The translations under genes were made by a program, and so were the position numbers. 64,000 nt of DNA from a virus (taxonomy: Duplodnaviria > Heunggongvirae > Uroviricota > Caudoviricetes), in the IMG/VR virus record IMGVR_UViG_3300029590_000324. One strand, written 5' to 3'. Positions 44,209 to 54,348 of the stretch are shown here, one piece after another. The notes under the pieces were generated by a model. It did not search any database and had not been told where the DNA came from. It worked only from the letters and a program-made list of their open reading frames with translations. Each line of letters starts with the position of its first letter. Positions within the stretch are counted from its first letter, which is position 1.

Positions 44209-46407
44209 ATGAGAGTATTATTGCTTTTAAGAGGTTCCGCAGGCTGCGGAAAATCAACATGGATCGAGCAGAACGGATTGAAGCCGTATGCGATTTCGCC
44301 TGACGACATCAGACTTATGCACCAGAGCCCCATAATGCAGCCTGATGGTTCTTACGGTATCAGCCAGAGCAACGATAAAGCTGTATGGAATACTTTATTC
44401 AATTTGCTTGAATATCGTATGCAGAAAGGCGAGTTTACGGTGATCGATGCAACAAACTCTAAAACCGTAGAAATGAACAGATACAAAAATATGTGCGACA
44501 CCTACCGTTACAGAATTTATTGTGTCGATTTCACAGATATTCCCATTGAGGAAGTCAAAAGAAGAAACGCAGGCAGACCCGAGGTCAAAAGAGTTTCCGA
44601 TGAGGTCATTGATAAAATGTACTCAAGGTTTGCTACTCAGAAGATTCCTGCAGGCATTAAAGTAATAAAGCCTAATGAATTAGACAAGATCTGGTTCAAG
44701 AGCATTGATTTGTCTGAATATAAGAAAATCCACCATATCGGAGACATTCACGGTTGCTATTCTGCACTTCAGTATTATTTTGACTTCAACGGCGGACTTA
44801 AAGACGACGAGTTCTACATATTCCTCGGTGATTATATCGACAGGGGAATTGAGAACGTCGAGGTGCTTAACTTCCTTATCTCCATCAAAGATAAAAAGAA
44901 CGTCTTTATGCTTGAGGGAAATCATGAGAGATGGCTGTGGCTTTATGCCAACGATGTCCGTGGCAAATCCAAGGAATTTGAACTTGTTACCCGTCCTCAG
45001 CTTGATGCTGCCAAGATCAGCAAAAAAGACCTCAGAATGCTTTACCGCAAATTTGGTCAGTGCGCTTATTATACATATAACGGTAATCAGTTCATTGTAA
45101 CTCACGCCGGCCTCAGCACAATCCCCGACAATCTCACATTTGTTGCAACTGATCAGATGATTCACGGCGTTGGTTCGTATAATGATTTTGAGACTATCTC
45201 TGACACCTTTATAAGAACTACACCCGAAAATACATATCAGATTCACGGACATAGGAACACGAAGTCGCTTCCTGTGCAGGTCAATGACAGAGTATTTAAT
45301 CTCGAAGGAAAGGTTGAATTTGGTGGCTGTCTCCGCTGCGTTCAGATAAGCAATGACGGATATAAGACTATGGAAATGCCCAACTATGTCTTCAAAACAC
45401 CCGAAGCTGTACAGGAACAATCTGTAGTAAACAGTTCTGTTGCCGATGTTATCATGTCTCTCCGTAGCAATCGTTACATTCAGGAAAAGTCTTTCGGCAA
45501 TATCTCGTCTTTCAATTTTACTAAGCAGGCATTTTACGACAAGGTTTGGGATGAGCAGACAACAAAGGCAAGAGGCTTATATATAGACACCGTAAAGGGC
45601 AAGGTCGCAGCGAGAGCTTATAATAAATTTTTCAATGTAAACGAGCGTTCGGAAACTAAATTTGATATGCTCCAGCATAAGCTCCAGTTCCCTGTAACGG
45701 CATACGTCAAGGAAAACGGCTTCCTCGGAATTGTTAGCTACGATGAATATAATGACGACCTTTTCATTGCCAGCAAATCGACTATCGAGGGCGATTTTGC
45801 GGGATATCTCAAAGATATGCTCTATCGCAAGGTTTCTGCCGATAATATCGCCGCTATGAAACAGTATATCAAAGACAATGATGTATCGTTCGTATTTGAG
45901 TGCGTTGATATGAAAAACGACCCTCACGTTATCGATTATCCCGACAGCGAACTGTTCCTGCTGGATATTGTACATAACACAATGGAGTTTTCAAAGTATG
46001 ATTACGAGCAGATGACCAATATAGCGGATAAATTTGGCATGAAGCATAAGGAAAAAGCCTATGAGATTGCCAACTGGCAGGAATTTTTCGACTGGTATTA
46101 TGAGGTGCTTGATCCCGATTATGAGTATCACGACAGAAAAATCGAGGGCTTTGTCATTGAAGATAGTGCGGGATATATGGTTAAGCTCAAGCTGACGTAT
46201 TATAACTTCTGGAAGTTTATGAGAAGCGTAGCTCAGGAGGCTATTCGTAAGGGATATATTCAGAGAACTGCGGCTCTTACAACTCCTTTGGCAAATGAAT
46301 TCTATGCTTGGGTCAAGCAGCTGCACGATGTTGAAGATAGGGATAGCATTCCTCGTGACATATGCACACTGAGAGGACTGTTTTATAAAGAAAAGGAGAA
46401 ATCGTAA
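44209..46407 (+). CDS. polynucleotide kinase-phosphatase-ligase (Pnkp-like trifunctional RNA repair enzyme)
   Basis: N-terminal P-loop LRGSAGCGKST; central calcineurin-type phosphoesterase motifs GDIHGCY, GDYIDRG, GNHE; C-terminal nucleotidyltransferase motif I KENG (KxNG); same domain order as Clostridium thermocellum Pnkp. Confidence 0.7.
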   Translation: MRVLLLLRGSAGCGKSTWIEQNGLKPYAISPDDIRLMHQSPIMQPDGSYGISQSNDKAVWNTLFNLLEYRMQKGEFTVIDATNSKTVEMNRYKNMCDTYRYRIYCVDFTDIPIEEVKRRNAGRPEVKRVSDEVIDKMYSRFATQKIPAGIKVIKPNELDKIWFKSIDLSEYKKIHHIGDIHGCYSALQYYFDFNGGLKDDEFYIFLGDYIDRGIENVEVLNFLISIKDKKNVFMLEGNHERWLWLYANDVRGKSKEFELVTRPQLDAAKISKKDLRMLYRKFGQCAYYTYNGNQFIVTHAGLSTIPDNLTFVATDQMIHGVGSYNDFETISDTFIRTTPENTYQIHGHRNTKSLPVQVNDRVFNLEGKVEFGGCLRCVQISNDGYKTMEMPNYVFKTPEAVQEQSVVNSSVADVIMSLRSNRYIQEKSFGNISSFNFTKQAFYDKVWDEQTTKARGLYIDTVKGKVAARAYNKFFNVNERSETKFDMLQHKLQFPVTAYVKENGFLGIVSYDEYNDDLFIASKSTIEGDFAGYLKDMLYRKVSADNIAAMKQYIKDNDVSFVFECVDMKNDPHVIDYPDSELFLLDIVHNTMEFSKYDYEQMTNIADKFGMKHKEKAYEIANWQEFFDWYYEVLDPDYEYHDRKIEGFVIEDSAGYMVKLKLTYYNFWKFMRSVAQEAIRKGYIQRTAALTTPLANEFYAWVKQLHDVEDRDSIPRDICTLRGLFYKEKEKS

Positions 46408-46649
46408 TGTCGGAGTGGATAAGCGTAAAAGATAAGTTGCCCGAAAAGAGTGACCACAATGACTATTTAATAACCGATGGAGAACATTTCTATGTTGGTC
46501 ATTATAGATACAAGGCAAAAGCTTGGGATCATTCAATATTGGGCTGGATTCAAGGTATGTACGCAGATACGGGTGAAACATATGATATTAATATAACCCA
46601 TTGGATGCCACTACCTAACCCTCCTGAAAAGGTTTCCGAAGATGATTAA
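46407..46649 (+). CDS. hypothetical protein (80 aa)
   Basis: TAATG stop/start overlap with the Pnkp-like gene. Confidence 0.45.
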   Translation: MSEWISVKDKLPEKSDHNDYLITDGEHFYVGHYRYKAKAWDHSILGWIQGMYADTGETYDINITHWMPLPNPPEKVSEDD

Positions 46650-46998
46650 ACACTGCATTATTTTTGCCACGACAAAGGCAAGAGCACATTTTATTTTTTA
46701 TAACCTTCTTGAAGTAATGCTCGATGAGGGTATTCAAATTGTTGAGCTGAAAAGAAATTCGGATGTAGTCCTTTTCTCCAACGGCGAAGAATGGCATACA
46801 TACGTAATAAGCGAAAACTGTTGTGGCAGACGTTGGGACAGGGCGTTTGTTGACAGTAAGATTTCTTTCGTAGAAATAGAAACATATGTTGAGCCTGCGA
46901 AGAATCCCCATGCCGAAGACTATAGGATGCTTTATTTACCGGATGAAAAGAGTTGCCATAGCATTTTTAAGGAGGAATTTATAGATGAAAATAATTAA
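46642..46998 (+). CDS. hypothetical protein (118 aa)
   Basis: Overlapping start. Confidence 0.45.
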   Translation: MIKHCIIFATTKARAHFIFYNLLEVMLDEGIQIVELKRNSDVVLFSNGEEWHTYVISENCCGRRWDRAFVDSKISFVEIETYVEPAKNPHAEDYRMLYLPDEKSCHSIFKEEFIDENN

Positions 46999-47185
46999 AA
47001 GATATTGGCTTGACCTTGTGTCGATTGTACTTTGGATTGGTTGTGGTGTTATGGTTATTGCCAATGGTTCTATATCGGTCGTAGCATACAGTTGTCTGCT
47101 TTTCTGTTATATTACAGAAAAGATTATTTCCATAATGTATAAAGAACTTATTTCCAGATACAAAGAAAGAGAGGAGAAATCATAA
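46985..47185 (+). CDS. small membrane protein (66 aa)
   Basis: Hydrophobic segment LVSIVLWIGCGVMVIANG. Confidence 0.4.
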   Translation: MKIIKRYWLDLVSIVLWIGCGVMVIANGSISVVAYSCLLFCYITEKIISIMYKELISRYKEREEKS

Positions 47186-47397
47186 TGTCCAATAATTCAT
47201 CATCAAACGGTTCATCAAACAAGTCGTCAGGCGGCGTAGGATTTTTCGGGCTGCTCACGATTGTCTTCATTGTTTTAAAGCTTTGTGGAGTTATTCACTG
47301 GGGTTGGCTCTGGGTGCTGGCTCCGCTGTGGATACCCATTGCAATATTTTTTCTTGTGCTGATTATCGGCATTATAATTGAGATTATCAGTGGGTGA
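47185..47397 (+). CDS. small membrane protein with two TM helices (70 aa)
   Basis: Ser/Asn-rich N terminus followed by two hydrophobic helices. Confidence 0.45.
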   Translation: MSNNSSSNGSSNKSSGGVGFFGLLTIVFIVLKLCGVIHWGWLWVLAPLWIPIAIFFLVLIIGIIIEIISG

Positions 47398-47423
47398 GCA
47401 TACACAACAGAAAGGTGAGACTA

Positions 47424-47642
47424 ATGCGTAATCCAAACAGACTGTACGACTTTTACGACAGGCTTCGTGATATTCACATGGAGCATTTTCCTGACTGGCG
47501 CTTCGGTCAGTTCATGACAAACTTCTTGAAAACTTGTCAAAGATGCGCTTACTCAAATCTATTTTACTGGGAAGAAGACAGGTTTCTGGAAGAGGTGAAT
47601 AAATTTGTCGAAAGGATGAAAGGCAATGCCAGGGGTGTATAA
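47424..47642 (+). CDS. hypothetical protein (72 aa)
   Basis: Internal ATG with AAAGGTGAG RBS. Confidence 0.35.
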   Translation: MRNPNRLYDFYDRLRDIHMEHFPDWRFGQFMTNFLKTCQRCAYSNLFYWEEDRFLEEVNKFVERMKGNARGV

Positions 47643-47645
47643 ACA

Positions 47646-47984
47646 ATGAAAAAGGCTGAATTAACGTGGTTCCAAAGGGGCATTTTAAACGAAATACAGA
47701 AATATTGTGTTTTACATACTGGGTACGATATTTATTATCCGTTTGAATTTTTGGGTATTCGCCGACAAGAAATAAGTGTTTGGGATAATCAAATAAATTT
47801 TATTACACAAACGAAAATTAAACCATTGCCGCAAGGTCAAAATGTAGCTATATGGAATGTTTATTTTAATCTTAGGGGTGAATGCAAAATTGAACTCGAA
47901 GAGGTTTACTATAACAAATATGTAGAGTACGTCGAACAAGACGATTACAACTTGTACTATGATTATCAGAATTTTCAAAGATAA
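47646..47984 (+). CDS. hypothetical protein (112 aa)
   Basis: ORF with overlapping stop. Confidence 0.45.
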   Translation: MKKAELTWFQRGILNEIQKYCVLHTGYDIYYPFEFLGIRRQEISVWDNQINFITQTKIKPLPQGQNVAIWNVYFNLRGECKIELEEVYYNKYVEYVEQDDYNLYYDYQNFQR

Positions 47985-48024
47985 GCAGCAATAACCAAAT
48001 TTAAAATAAAAGGAGAAATTACAA

Positions 48025-50067
48025 ATGAGCTTTGTAACAATGAGAGATAATCTGATAGCACATTTTAATCAGATTACCAAGGATGCCAACAATGTCTTCG
48101 TGGTGAATGTTGACAAGGACGAGATGTGGAATCTCTATCTTGACAGTTTCCCCAAGGGCACTAACGAGATCTATCGTAAGCGTAGAGAACACGACTGCTC
48201 CTGTTGCCGTAGCTTCATCAAGGCAATCGGTAACGTTGTAGTCATCAAAAATGGCAAGGTCACAACCGTCTGGGATTTTAATGCCGAAGATCCGGTTTAC
48301 CAGCCCTCCATAGACGCCCTCAACGCTTTTATCAAATCAAAGACAGTAATCGATGTCTTTTTAAGCAAGTTCAATCGAATAGGTTCTCAGCATTCATTTG
48401 AGAAGCTGGAAGACGGCTCCATAAAGACATGGGAACACTTCTACCTTCAGCTGCCCGGCAGATTTGTAAACAACTCTCGCAATTCGATCCCCGACATTCA
48501 GGGTGATTTCAGAGACACAAAGAACGTATTCAAGCGCTCTCTTGACGAGATCACCGAAGATTCTGTGCTGACCGTTCTGGAACTCATTTCTTCCAATTCT
48601 CTTTACAGAGGTGAGGAGTGGAAGCCTGTGCTCGAAAAGTTCCTGCAGTATAAGCGCAAGTATATGACACTTTCTGAAGCAGACAAGGATAACTATGCTT
48701 GGGAAAATTCTGCCGCTGCCGGCAATGTTATTGGCCGTATCAGGAATCACAGTATTGGTACTCTGCTTGTGAATATCAGTGAAGATATGGATCTCGACCT
48801 CGCAGTCCGTAAATACGAACAAATCGTGGCTCCTGCAAACTATAAGCGTCCCAAGGCTATCTTTACAAAGAAGATGCTGGACGACGCTAAGAACACTATT
48901 AAAGAGCTCGGATATATAGACTCTTTGGCAAGAAGATATGCTACTCTGGACGACATTACCGTAAACAATATCCTGTTCTCAAATAAGGACTCTGCAAAGA
49001 GGATTTCCGGCGCAAGCGTATTTGATGAAATGGAGAAGGAAATTGCAGTTAATCCTAAGAAGTTCAACAAGGTCGAGGAAGTTCCTATCGAAAAGTTCAT
49101 CTCTGACGTACTGCCTGCCGCAAGAGAACTCGAAGTTCTGTTTGAAAATAAGCACAGTTCAAATCTGGTTTCACTCATCGCACCTGTTAATAAGGACAGC
49201 AAGACGATGTTTAAGTGGAATAACAATTTCAGTTGGAGTTATGCGGGCAATATTACAGATAGCCAGATAAGAGAGAATGTTAAGTCTGCCGGCGGCAAGG
49301 TTGACGGTGTGCTCAGATTCTCTATTCAGTGGAATGAATGCGGAACTGATAACTGTGACCTCGATGCGCATTGCATTGAACCCAATAATCATGAAATATA
49401 TTTTGGAACCGATAAAAAGCCTGATCGTTCATCGATGGGCGGTCAGCTTGACGTTGATATTATACAGCCTTGGGGTAAGGTTGCTGTGGAAAATATCACA
49501 TGGGGTGATCTGTCAAAGATGAAAAACGGTGTATATCGCTTCATGGTCAACCAGTATTCAGGCGCAGTTAAGAAGGGTTTCAGGGCGGAAATCGAATTCG
49601 ATGGTCAGATTTACTCTTTTGACTACAACAAGCCTATGAGATCAGGAGAAACTGTTCGGGTCGCAGATGTTACGCTGAAGGACGGCGTATTTACCATTAA
49701 GGAATATATTACGTCCAGCATGTCTGCAAAGTCCATCTGGGGCATTACAACGAACCAGTTTGTGCCCGTATCCGTTATGTGTTATTCTCCCAATTACTGG
49801 GACGAGCAGAACGGTATCGGCAATAAGCATTACTTCTTCATGCTGAAGGATTGTATCAATGACGAGGCTCCCAACGGCTTCTTTAATGAATATCTCAAGC
49901 AGGAGCTTGTGCAGCACAAGAGGGTATTTGAAGCCCTCGGTTCCAAGATGAAAGTCGAGCCTTCCGATGACCAGCTTTCAGGTCTTGGTTTCTCATCAAC
50001 GAAGAGAAACGAGTTGATCGTTAAGGTCAAGGGTAATACCGAAAGAGTTATGAAAATTAAATTTTGA
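48025..50067 (+). CDS. large hypothetical protein (680 aa)
   Basis: AAAGGAGAAA RBS; no recognisable catalytic motif. Confidence 0.55.
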   Translation: MSFVTMRDNLIAHFNQITKDANNVFVVNVDKDEMWNLYLDSFPKGTNEIYRKRREHDCSCCRSFIKAIGNVVVIKNGKVTTVWDFNAEDPVYQPSIDALNAFIKSKTVIDVFLSKFNRIGSQHSFEKLEDGSIKTWEHFYLQLPGRFVNNSRNSIPDIQGDFRDTKNVFKRSLDEITEDSVLTVLELISSNSLYRGEEWKPVLEKFLQYKRKYMTLSEADKDNYAWENSAAAGNVIGRIRNHSIGTLLVNISEDMDLDLAVRKYEQIVAPANYKRPKAIFTKKMLDDAKNTIKELGYIDSLARRYATLDDITVNNILFSNKDSAKRISGASVFDEMEKEIAVNPKKFNKVEEVPIEKFISDVLPAARELEVLFENKHSSNLVSLIAPVNKDSKTMFKWNNNFSWSYAGNITDSQIRENVKSAGGKVDGVLRFSIQWNECGTDNCDLDAHCIEPNNHEIYFGTDKKPDRSSMGGQLDVDIIQPWGKVAVENITWGDLSKMKNGVYRFMVNQYSGAVKKGFRAEIEFDGQIYSFDYNKPMRSGETVRVADVTLKDGVFTIKEYITSSMSAKSIWGITTNQFVPVSVMCYSPNYWDEQNGIGNKHYFFMLKDCINDEAPNGFFNEYLKQELVQHKRVFEALGSKMKVEPSDDQLSGLGFSSTKRNELIVKVKGNTERVMKIKF

Positions 50068-50081
50068 TGGAGGAAAAGATT

Positions 50082-50459
50082 ATGGAAAACATGTTTGAAT
50101 ACGCAACCAGAAATAAAGTAAGATTCCCCTTTAAGGGTCAGATATTCGTGGAAGATCTCTGGGATCTGAGAGCTGATGACCTCGATACCGTGTTTAAGAC
50201 ACTTAACAGGCAGGTCAAGCAGTCAAAGGAGGAGAGCCTTCTTACAACAAAGACAGCTGAAGACACAGCGCTTGATATCCAGATTGCTATCGTAAAGCAT
50301 ATCTTTGATATCAAGATGCAGGAAGCAAACGCAAGACTGCTCGATAAGGAGCGTAAGGCTCAGAAGCAGAAGATCATGGCTATTCTTGCTAATAAGCAGG
50401 AACTGGAGCTTCAGAATAAATCTGTTGATGAGCTTCAGAAGATGCTTGAAGAGATCTGA
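50082..50459 (+). CDS. coiled-coil hypothetical protein
   Basis: GGAGG RBS before the internal ATG; stem-loop GTCTCGTG..CACGAGAC just downstream (50478-50506). Confidence 0.45.
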   Translation: MENMFEYATRNKVRFPFKGQIFVEDLWDLRADDLDTVFKTLNRQVKQSKEESLLTTKTAEDTALDIQIAIVKHIFDIKMQEANARLLDKERKAQKQKIMAILANKQELELQNKSVDELQKMLEEI

Positions 50460-50529
50460 GTCAGCTGCGCAGGTGTGGTCTCGTGGATATGTTTCACGAG
50501 ACTAAGCCTGTATCTAAAGGAGGGGTAAT

Positions 50530-50733
50530 ATGACACTTAAAGATGCCGAGTGCATTGAACTGGTAATACAAGATATGCGTAATGCCAAACTTATCGCAAA
50601 TGCTCTGCTGATTGAGAACTATGATGTTCAAATCACACCAACAATATCTGCAACAAGTTTTAATCATGCCCGTTTAACAAAATACCGCGTAACAGTAAGA
50701 CAAGGATTAAATAGAGTTGTTGCAACAACATAA
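50530..50733 (+). CDS. hypothetical protein (67 aa)
   Basis: AAAGGAGGGG RBS. Confidence 0.45.
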   Translation: MTLKDAECIELVIQDMRNAKLIANALLIENYDVQITPTISATSFNHARLTKYRVTVRQGLNRVVATT

Positions 50734-50753
50734 AACAAAAGGAGAGGATAAGT

Positions 50754-51047
50754 ATGAAGCATTCTAAACTTGAGAAATATTTTAACCAAAAGGCTGAAGT
50801 ACAAATTGTCGATGATACAGGTAAAATCTTCTGTTTAGGACACTTTCCTGATCATGATCGTCTTTTCGAAATGGCTGAATACGACTTGACTGATAATGCA
50901 CCAACCGCCAACGTTTCACCCGTAAAGCACGGGCATTGGATTTCAACGAAATACAAATGTTCAGAGTGCGGAGTAATTGTGTGGGGTAATGATTTTAATT
51001 TCTGCCCTAATTGCGGCGCTACTATGCTCAAGGAGGGTGAAACTTAA
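50754..51047 (+). CDS. zinc-ribbon protein (97 aa)
   Basis: C-terminal CSECG...CPNCG. Confidence 0.5.
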   Translation: MKHSKLEKYFNQKAEVQIVDDTGKIFCLGHFPDHDRLFEMAEYDLTDNAPTANVSPVKHGHWISTKYKCSECGVIVWGNDFNFCPNCGATMLKEGET

Positions 51048-51460
51048 TGGAATGGTTTGTATATAACTATAATATCAATAAGCATGAGATTGAAGCGTTC
51101 AATATTTTCAAGCACGGTGGATTTGCTAAATATTTTGGTAAACTTATCAGAACAATAAAGGATAAAGCTGAGTTTGCCGAGGCAGTAAGAAAAGAATTGT
51201 TTTACTATTATGGTAGCAAAACTAAATGGGAACTTGTTGTGAAACTTACTGAAGATAATCGGGTATTTCTCTATCCATGGTGCGGCAGCATTGATCCCGA
51301 GAATGAAAAGGTTGAAGTGACGGATGATCATTGGCGGGATTTCGCTAAACTCCATATTAAACGTCAGCAACATACAAATGAAGCCAAGATTGATATTTAC
51401 AATCAGGTGATGTTCAGGTTTTATGAGTTCGTCAATTACTGTTGGAGCTTTAAGAGATGA
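51047..51460 (+). CDS. hypothetical protein (137 aa)
   Basis: TAATG overlap. Confidence 0.45.
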   Translation: MEWFVYNYNINKHEIEAFNIFKHGGFAKYFGKLIRTIKDKAEFAEAVRKELFYYYGSKTKWELVVKLTEDNRVFLYPWCGSIDPENEKVEVTDDHWRDFAKLHIKRQQHTNEAKIDIYNQVMFRFYEFVNYCWSFKR

Positions 51461-51840
51461 GTAATATAAGTATCAATAACTTCACCATTGAAAAAGTCGT
51501 ATCGGTAAAGGCTATCGATACAGGCATAGGTGTAATTCAAAAGAATATTCCCGATGCAATCGAGGTTTCACACAAGAAATATAAAGCTTTCTGCAGGAAT
51601 AAAGTTTTATCAAGCGAACTGGTAACTTTTGCCGACAGGGTAGTGAGCCGCGATGAATTCGGCAATGCAGTTGCTATGGTGCTTGTAGGATATGATAAAC
51701 CCGATACATACTATATCAATCCTGAACTTTATAAAATGGGGCAGGAACGGCGTCAGCTTATTGAAAATGTTTGCGGACAGGTCAGAGAACCCCGAACAGT
51801 TTTATTTCTTGACGAAGTAAAAGGTTTTGAATTGAAATAA
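51457..51840 (+). CDS. hypothetical protein (127 aa)
   Basis: ATGA overlap. Confidence 0.45.
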   Translation: MSNISINNFTIEKVVSVKAIDTGIGVIQKNIPDAIEVSHKKYKAFCRNKVLSSELVTFADRVVSRDEFGNAVAMVLVGYDKPDTYYINPELYKMGQERRQLIENVCGQVREPRTVLFLDEVKGFELK

Positions 51841-51852
51841 GAGGAGATTGAT

Positions 51853-52161
51853 ATGAAAGAACAAACTATATACACGTTTTCCGATGACGATTTGAAGTTG
51901 TTAAAACAACCAATTCCAATCAATCCGTGTTCGCATTGTCTTGATTCCGGCAGTTGTTGTGGATGCCCGGAAGAACGCAAGTATCAAACTATCATAAAAC
52001 CCTATCGTGACAATAATTTATTGGTTTTTGCCGATACAATTCGCAATATACGAAAGAAGCGTAGCGAATCCGACTGCTTATTGAAGCGTTCAAAAGAGTT
52101 GAACAAAGAAGCTAATGACGCTTTGTTGAGCTTACCAGAGCAGTTGCGAAAAATTGTTTAA
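51853..52161 (+). CDS. Cys-containing hypothetical protein (102 aa)
   Basis: CSHCLDSGSCCGCPEE motif. Confidence 0.45.
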   Translation: MKEQTIYTFSDDDLKLLKQPIPINPCSHCLDSGSCCGCPEERKYQTIIKPYRDNNLLVFADTIRNIRKKRSESDCLLKRSKELNKEANDALLSLPEQLRKIV

Positions 52162-52203
52162 TACAAAGGAGAGCTTTACAAGGTGCAAATAAGGAGGACA
52201 TAT

Positions 52204-52749
52204 ATGGATACAAATTGCTTAGTAGTTAATCTATTCGGTGTTCCCGGCGCAGGCAAAAGCACTGGAGCAGCTTATATTTTCAGCCAACTCAAAATGGCTG
52301 GCGTAAATGCTGAACTAATTACAGAATTTGCCAAAGACAAAGTGTGGGAAGAAAACCCAACAATATTTCAACCCGATAATCAGATTTACATATTTGGCAA
52401 ACAATTTTATAAAATGAACCGCTGTAAAGATAAGGTCGATGTAATTGTAACCGACTCTCCTTTGCTGTTGTCTTCATTTTACAATTCAAGCAAAATTCTT
52501 GGTAAAGAGTTTGACAAAACCGTATATAATTGCTTCTCTTCATTTAATAACAAAATATATCTGTTAAAGAGAGTAAAGCCCTATAATCCTAAAGGCAGGC
52601 TTCAGACCGAGGAAGAAAGCGATGCTCTTGTAGCTCCATTGATGGAAAAATTGAATTCTTGGAATATCCCATACACTGTTCGCAATGGCGATATCAAAGA
52701 TTATGATGATATCGTAAATGAAGTATTGGAATATTTGAGAAATAACTAA
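52204..52749 (+). CDS. P-loop NTPase / deoxynucleotide-kinase-like protein
   Basis: Walker A GVPGAGKSTGAAY; AAGGAGG RBS. Confidence 0.45.
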   Translation: MDTNCLVVNLFGVPGAGKSTGAAYIFSQLKMAGVNAELITEFAKDKVWEENPTIFQPDNQIYIFGKQFYKMNRCKDKVDVIVTDSPLLLSSFYNSSKILGKEFDKTVYNCFSSFNNKIYLLKRVKPYNPKGRLQTEEESDALVAPLMEKLNSWNIPYTVRNGDIKDYDDIVNEVLEYLRNN

Positions 52750-52810
52750 AGAGCAACCGCTTCAAAGATAAATTAAGGAGCAACACATATGACCAATAAG
52801 GAGGAGCACA

Positions 52811-53002
52811 ATGATCGTTAACAAAGGCAAACAAGGTTGTTATAACTGCATAAACCGTGAGTATGACAATACTTTTGGTCTCATATGCCAACATAAAGCC
52901 TCGATTGAGGGTATTGAAGTCATGAAGAATTTTTATACCGCCAACGAGGTGTCAGAATGCGACTATTATGAATACGATGAAAACTCGTCGATTGATAGGT
53001 AA
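52811..53002 (+). CDS. small Cys-rich protein (63 aa)
   Basis: AAGGAGGAGC RBS. Confidence 0.4.
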   Translation: MIVNKGKQGCYNCINREYDNTFGLICQHKASIEGIEVMKNFYTANEVSECDYYEYDENSSIDR

Positions 53003-53013
53003 GGGGGATAAAA

Positions 53014-53379
53014 ATGAATAACATACCAGAAATTCTTAATGCACAGATTAAAAATGTATCAATTTATTACGAAGACCACGGCATTCTTACATTTGGTATT
53101 GCCGTTGATATTTCCGATGGAACAGCATGTGTTATAGGTGGATATGCTTTAGATGAATATAATAAGAATACAAAGAAACGTCAATGTTGTGCTTATAGTA
53201 TGGATTTAATTACACGAATTATGAAAGTTGTTGGTGTAAGTAAGTGGGAAGATTGTAAAGGTAAGTACATAAGAGTAGTTTCAAATGGTTTGGGTAGGTC
53301 TATTACAAAGATAGGAAATCTTATAAAAGACGAATGGCTGGATATACCAGAGTTTTTCAAAGAATATGGAATTGAGTAA
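53014..53379 (+). CDS. hypothetical protein (121 aa)
   Basis: AAGGGGGA RBS. Confidence 0.45.
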   Translation: MNNIPEILNAQIKNVSIYYEDHGILTFGIAVDISDGTACVIGGYALDEYNKNTKKRQCCAYSMDLITRIMKVVGVSKWEDCKGKYIRVVSNGLGRSITKIGNLIKDEWLDIPEFFKEYGIE

Positions 53380-53426
53380 TATGATGAAAAATTGCTTTTA
53401 TTATGAAATCAAAGGAGTGTATAAAA

Positions 53427-53771
53427 ATGACCGAACATAAAAGACTGGCAAATTTACTCCGTATGATACCATATGAATATTTAGATGGGGACATCTGCCC
53501 TGAGAACATCTCTGACTTCTTGCTTGACAAAGGAGTGGTTTTCCCTCATGTTAAAGTAAATCAGTCCATTTGGACAGATGATCAATTTGTTGACGGGATT
53601 CCTCATGAGGGACATGTCACATCTATAAAAATCACTAATGGCTATAATGCTTATTATTGCAGCTTCGATGAGTTCCCTGTGTCCTTCGCTTTCGTCGATG
53701 ATGACATTGGTAAGACTATATTCTTTACCCGAGAAGAAGCCGAGAAAGCTCTTGAAAAAGGAAAGATATAA
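53427..53771 (+). CDS. hypothetical protein (114 aa)
   Basis: AAAGGAG RBS before the internal ATG. Confidence 0.4.
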   Translation: MTEHKRLANLLRMIPYEYLDGDICPENISDFLLDKGVVFPHVKVNQSIWTDDQFVDGIPHEGHVTSIKITNGYNAYYCSFDEFPVSFAFVDDDIGKTIFFTREEAEKALEKGKI

Positions 53772-53786
53772 ATGGAGGGATAATTT

Positions 53787-53999
53787 ATGAAGTGTCCATA
53801 TAGAACAATAACGGAAACTACTGACGGTATTTCCAAGACAGAATTTTGTGATTGCTACGGTTCGGCTTGTCCGTGGTATTGCAATACGATTACTAAGGGA
53901 GACAAGACAATCTCAGAAGAAAGTTGCCAAAGATGCTATACAGAACATCTCAGAGCAAGATATTTTGATGCAAATCGAAAATTTCTATCAAGCAAATAA
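53787..53999 (+). CDS. small Cys-rich protein (70 aa)
   Basis: ATGGAGGGA RBS; CPY..CDCYGSACPWYC. Confidence 0.4.
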   Translation: MKCPYRTITETTDGISKTEFCDCYGSACPWYCNTITKGDKTISEESCQRCYTEHLRARYFDANRKFLSSK

Positions 54000-54022
54000 A
54001 CATTTTATTGAAAGGTGATGCA

Positions 54023-54319
54023 ATGAATAAACGAGATAAATGTCCAATATGCAAAAGCAGTAAATATGCTTATAACGCTTATGATGAAGAATACTGGGGT
54101 TCAATAATAACTGTTGAACAGAATGGGTATTGTCCTCAATGTGGTTATATTATAAAACAAGCATACAGTCCTGTTTTTGAAGCTTTTTGCGATATTAAGA
54201 AAGGTCATAAGTGTTCTAACGGAACATACATACAGAAAAATACTCGTAAACACAAAAGGTATCGTAGGAGAAGCAAGATAAGACTTGAGGTAAATCCCGA
54301 ATGGATTAAATATGTTTGA
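54023..54319 (+). CDS. zinc-ribbon protein (98 aa)
   Basis: CPICKS...CPQCGY. Confidence 0.45.
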   Translation: MNKRDKCPICKSSKYAYNAYDEEYWGSIITVEQNGYCPQCGYIIKQAYSPVFEAFCDIKKGHKCSNGTYIQKNTRKHKRYRRRSKIRLEVNPEWIKYV

Positions 54320-54348
54320 TATAGTTTAAAGAGGAGTGTGATACATAA

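Noticed and set aside
44680-46581. Minus-strand ORFs 44680-45420, 45577-45975 and 45991-46581 inside the Pnkp-like gene
   Set aside because: Antisense to a 732-aa ORF with three recognisable catalytic motif sets; no RBS.
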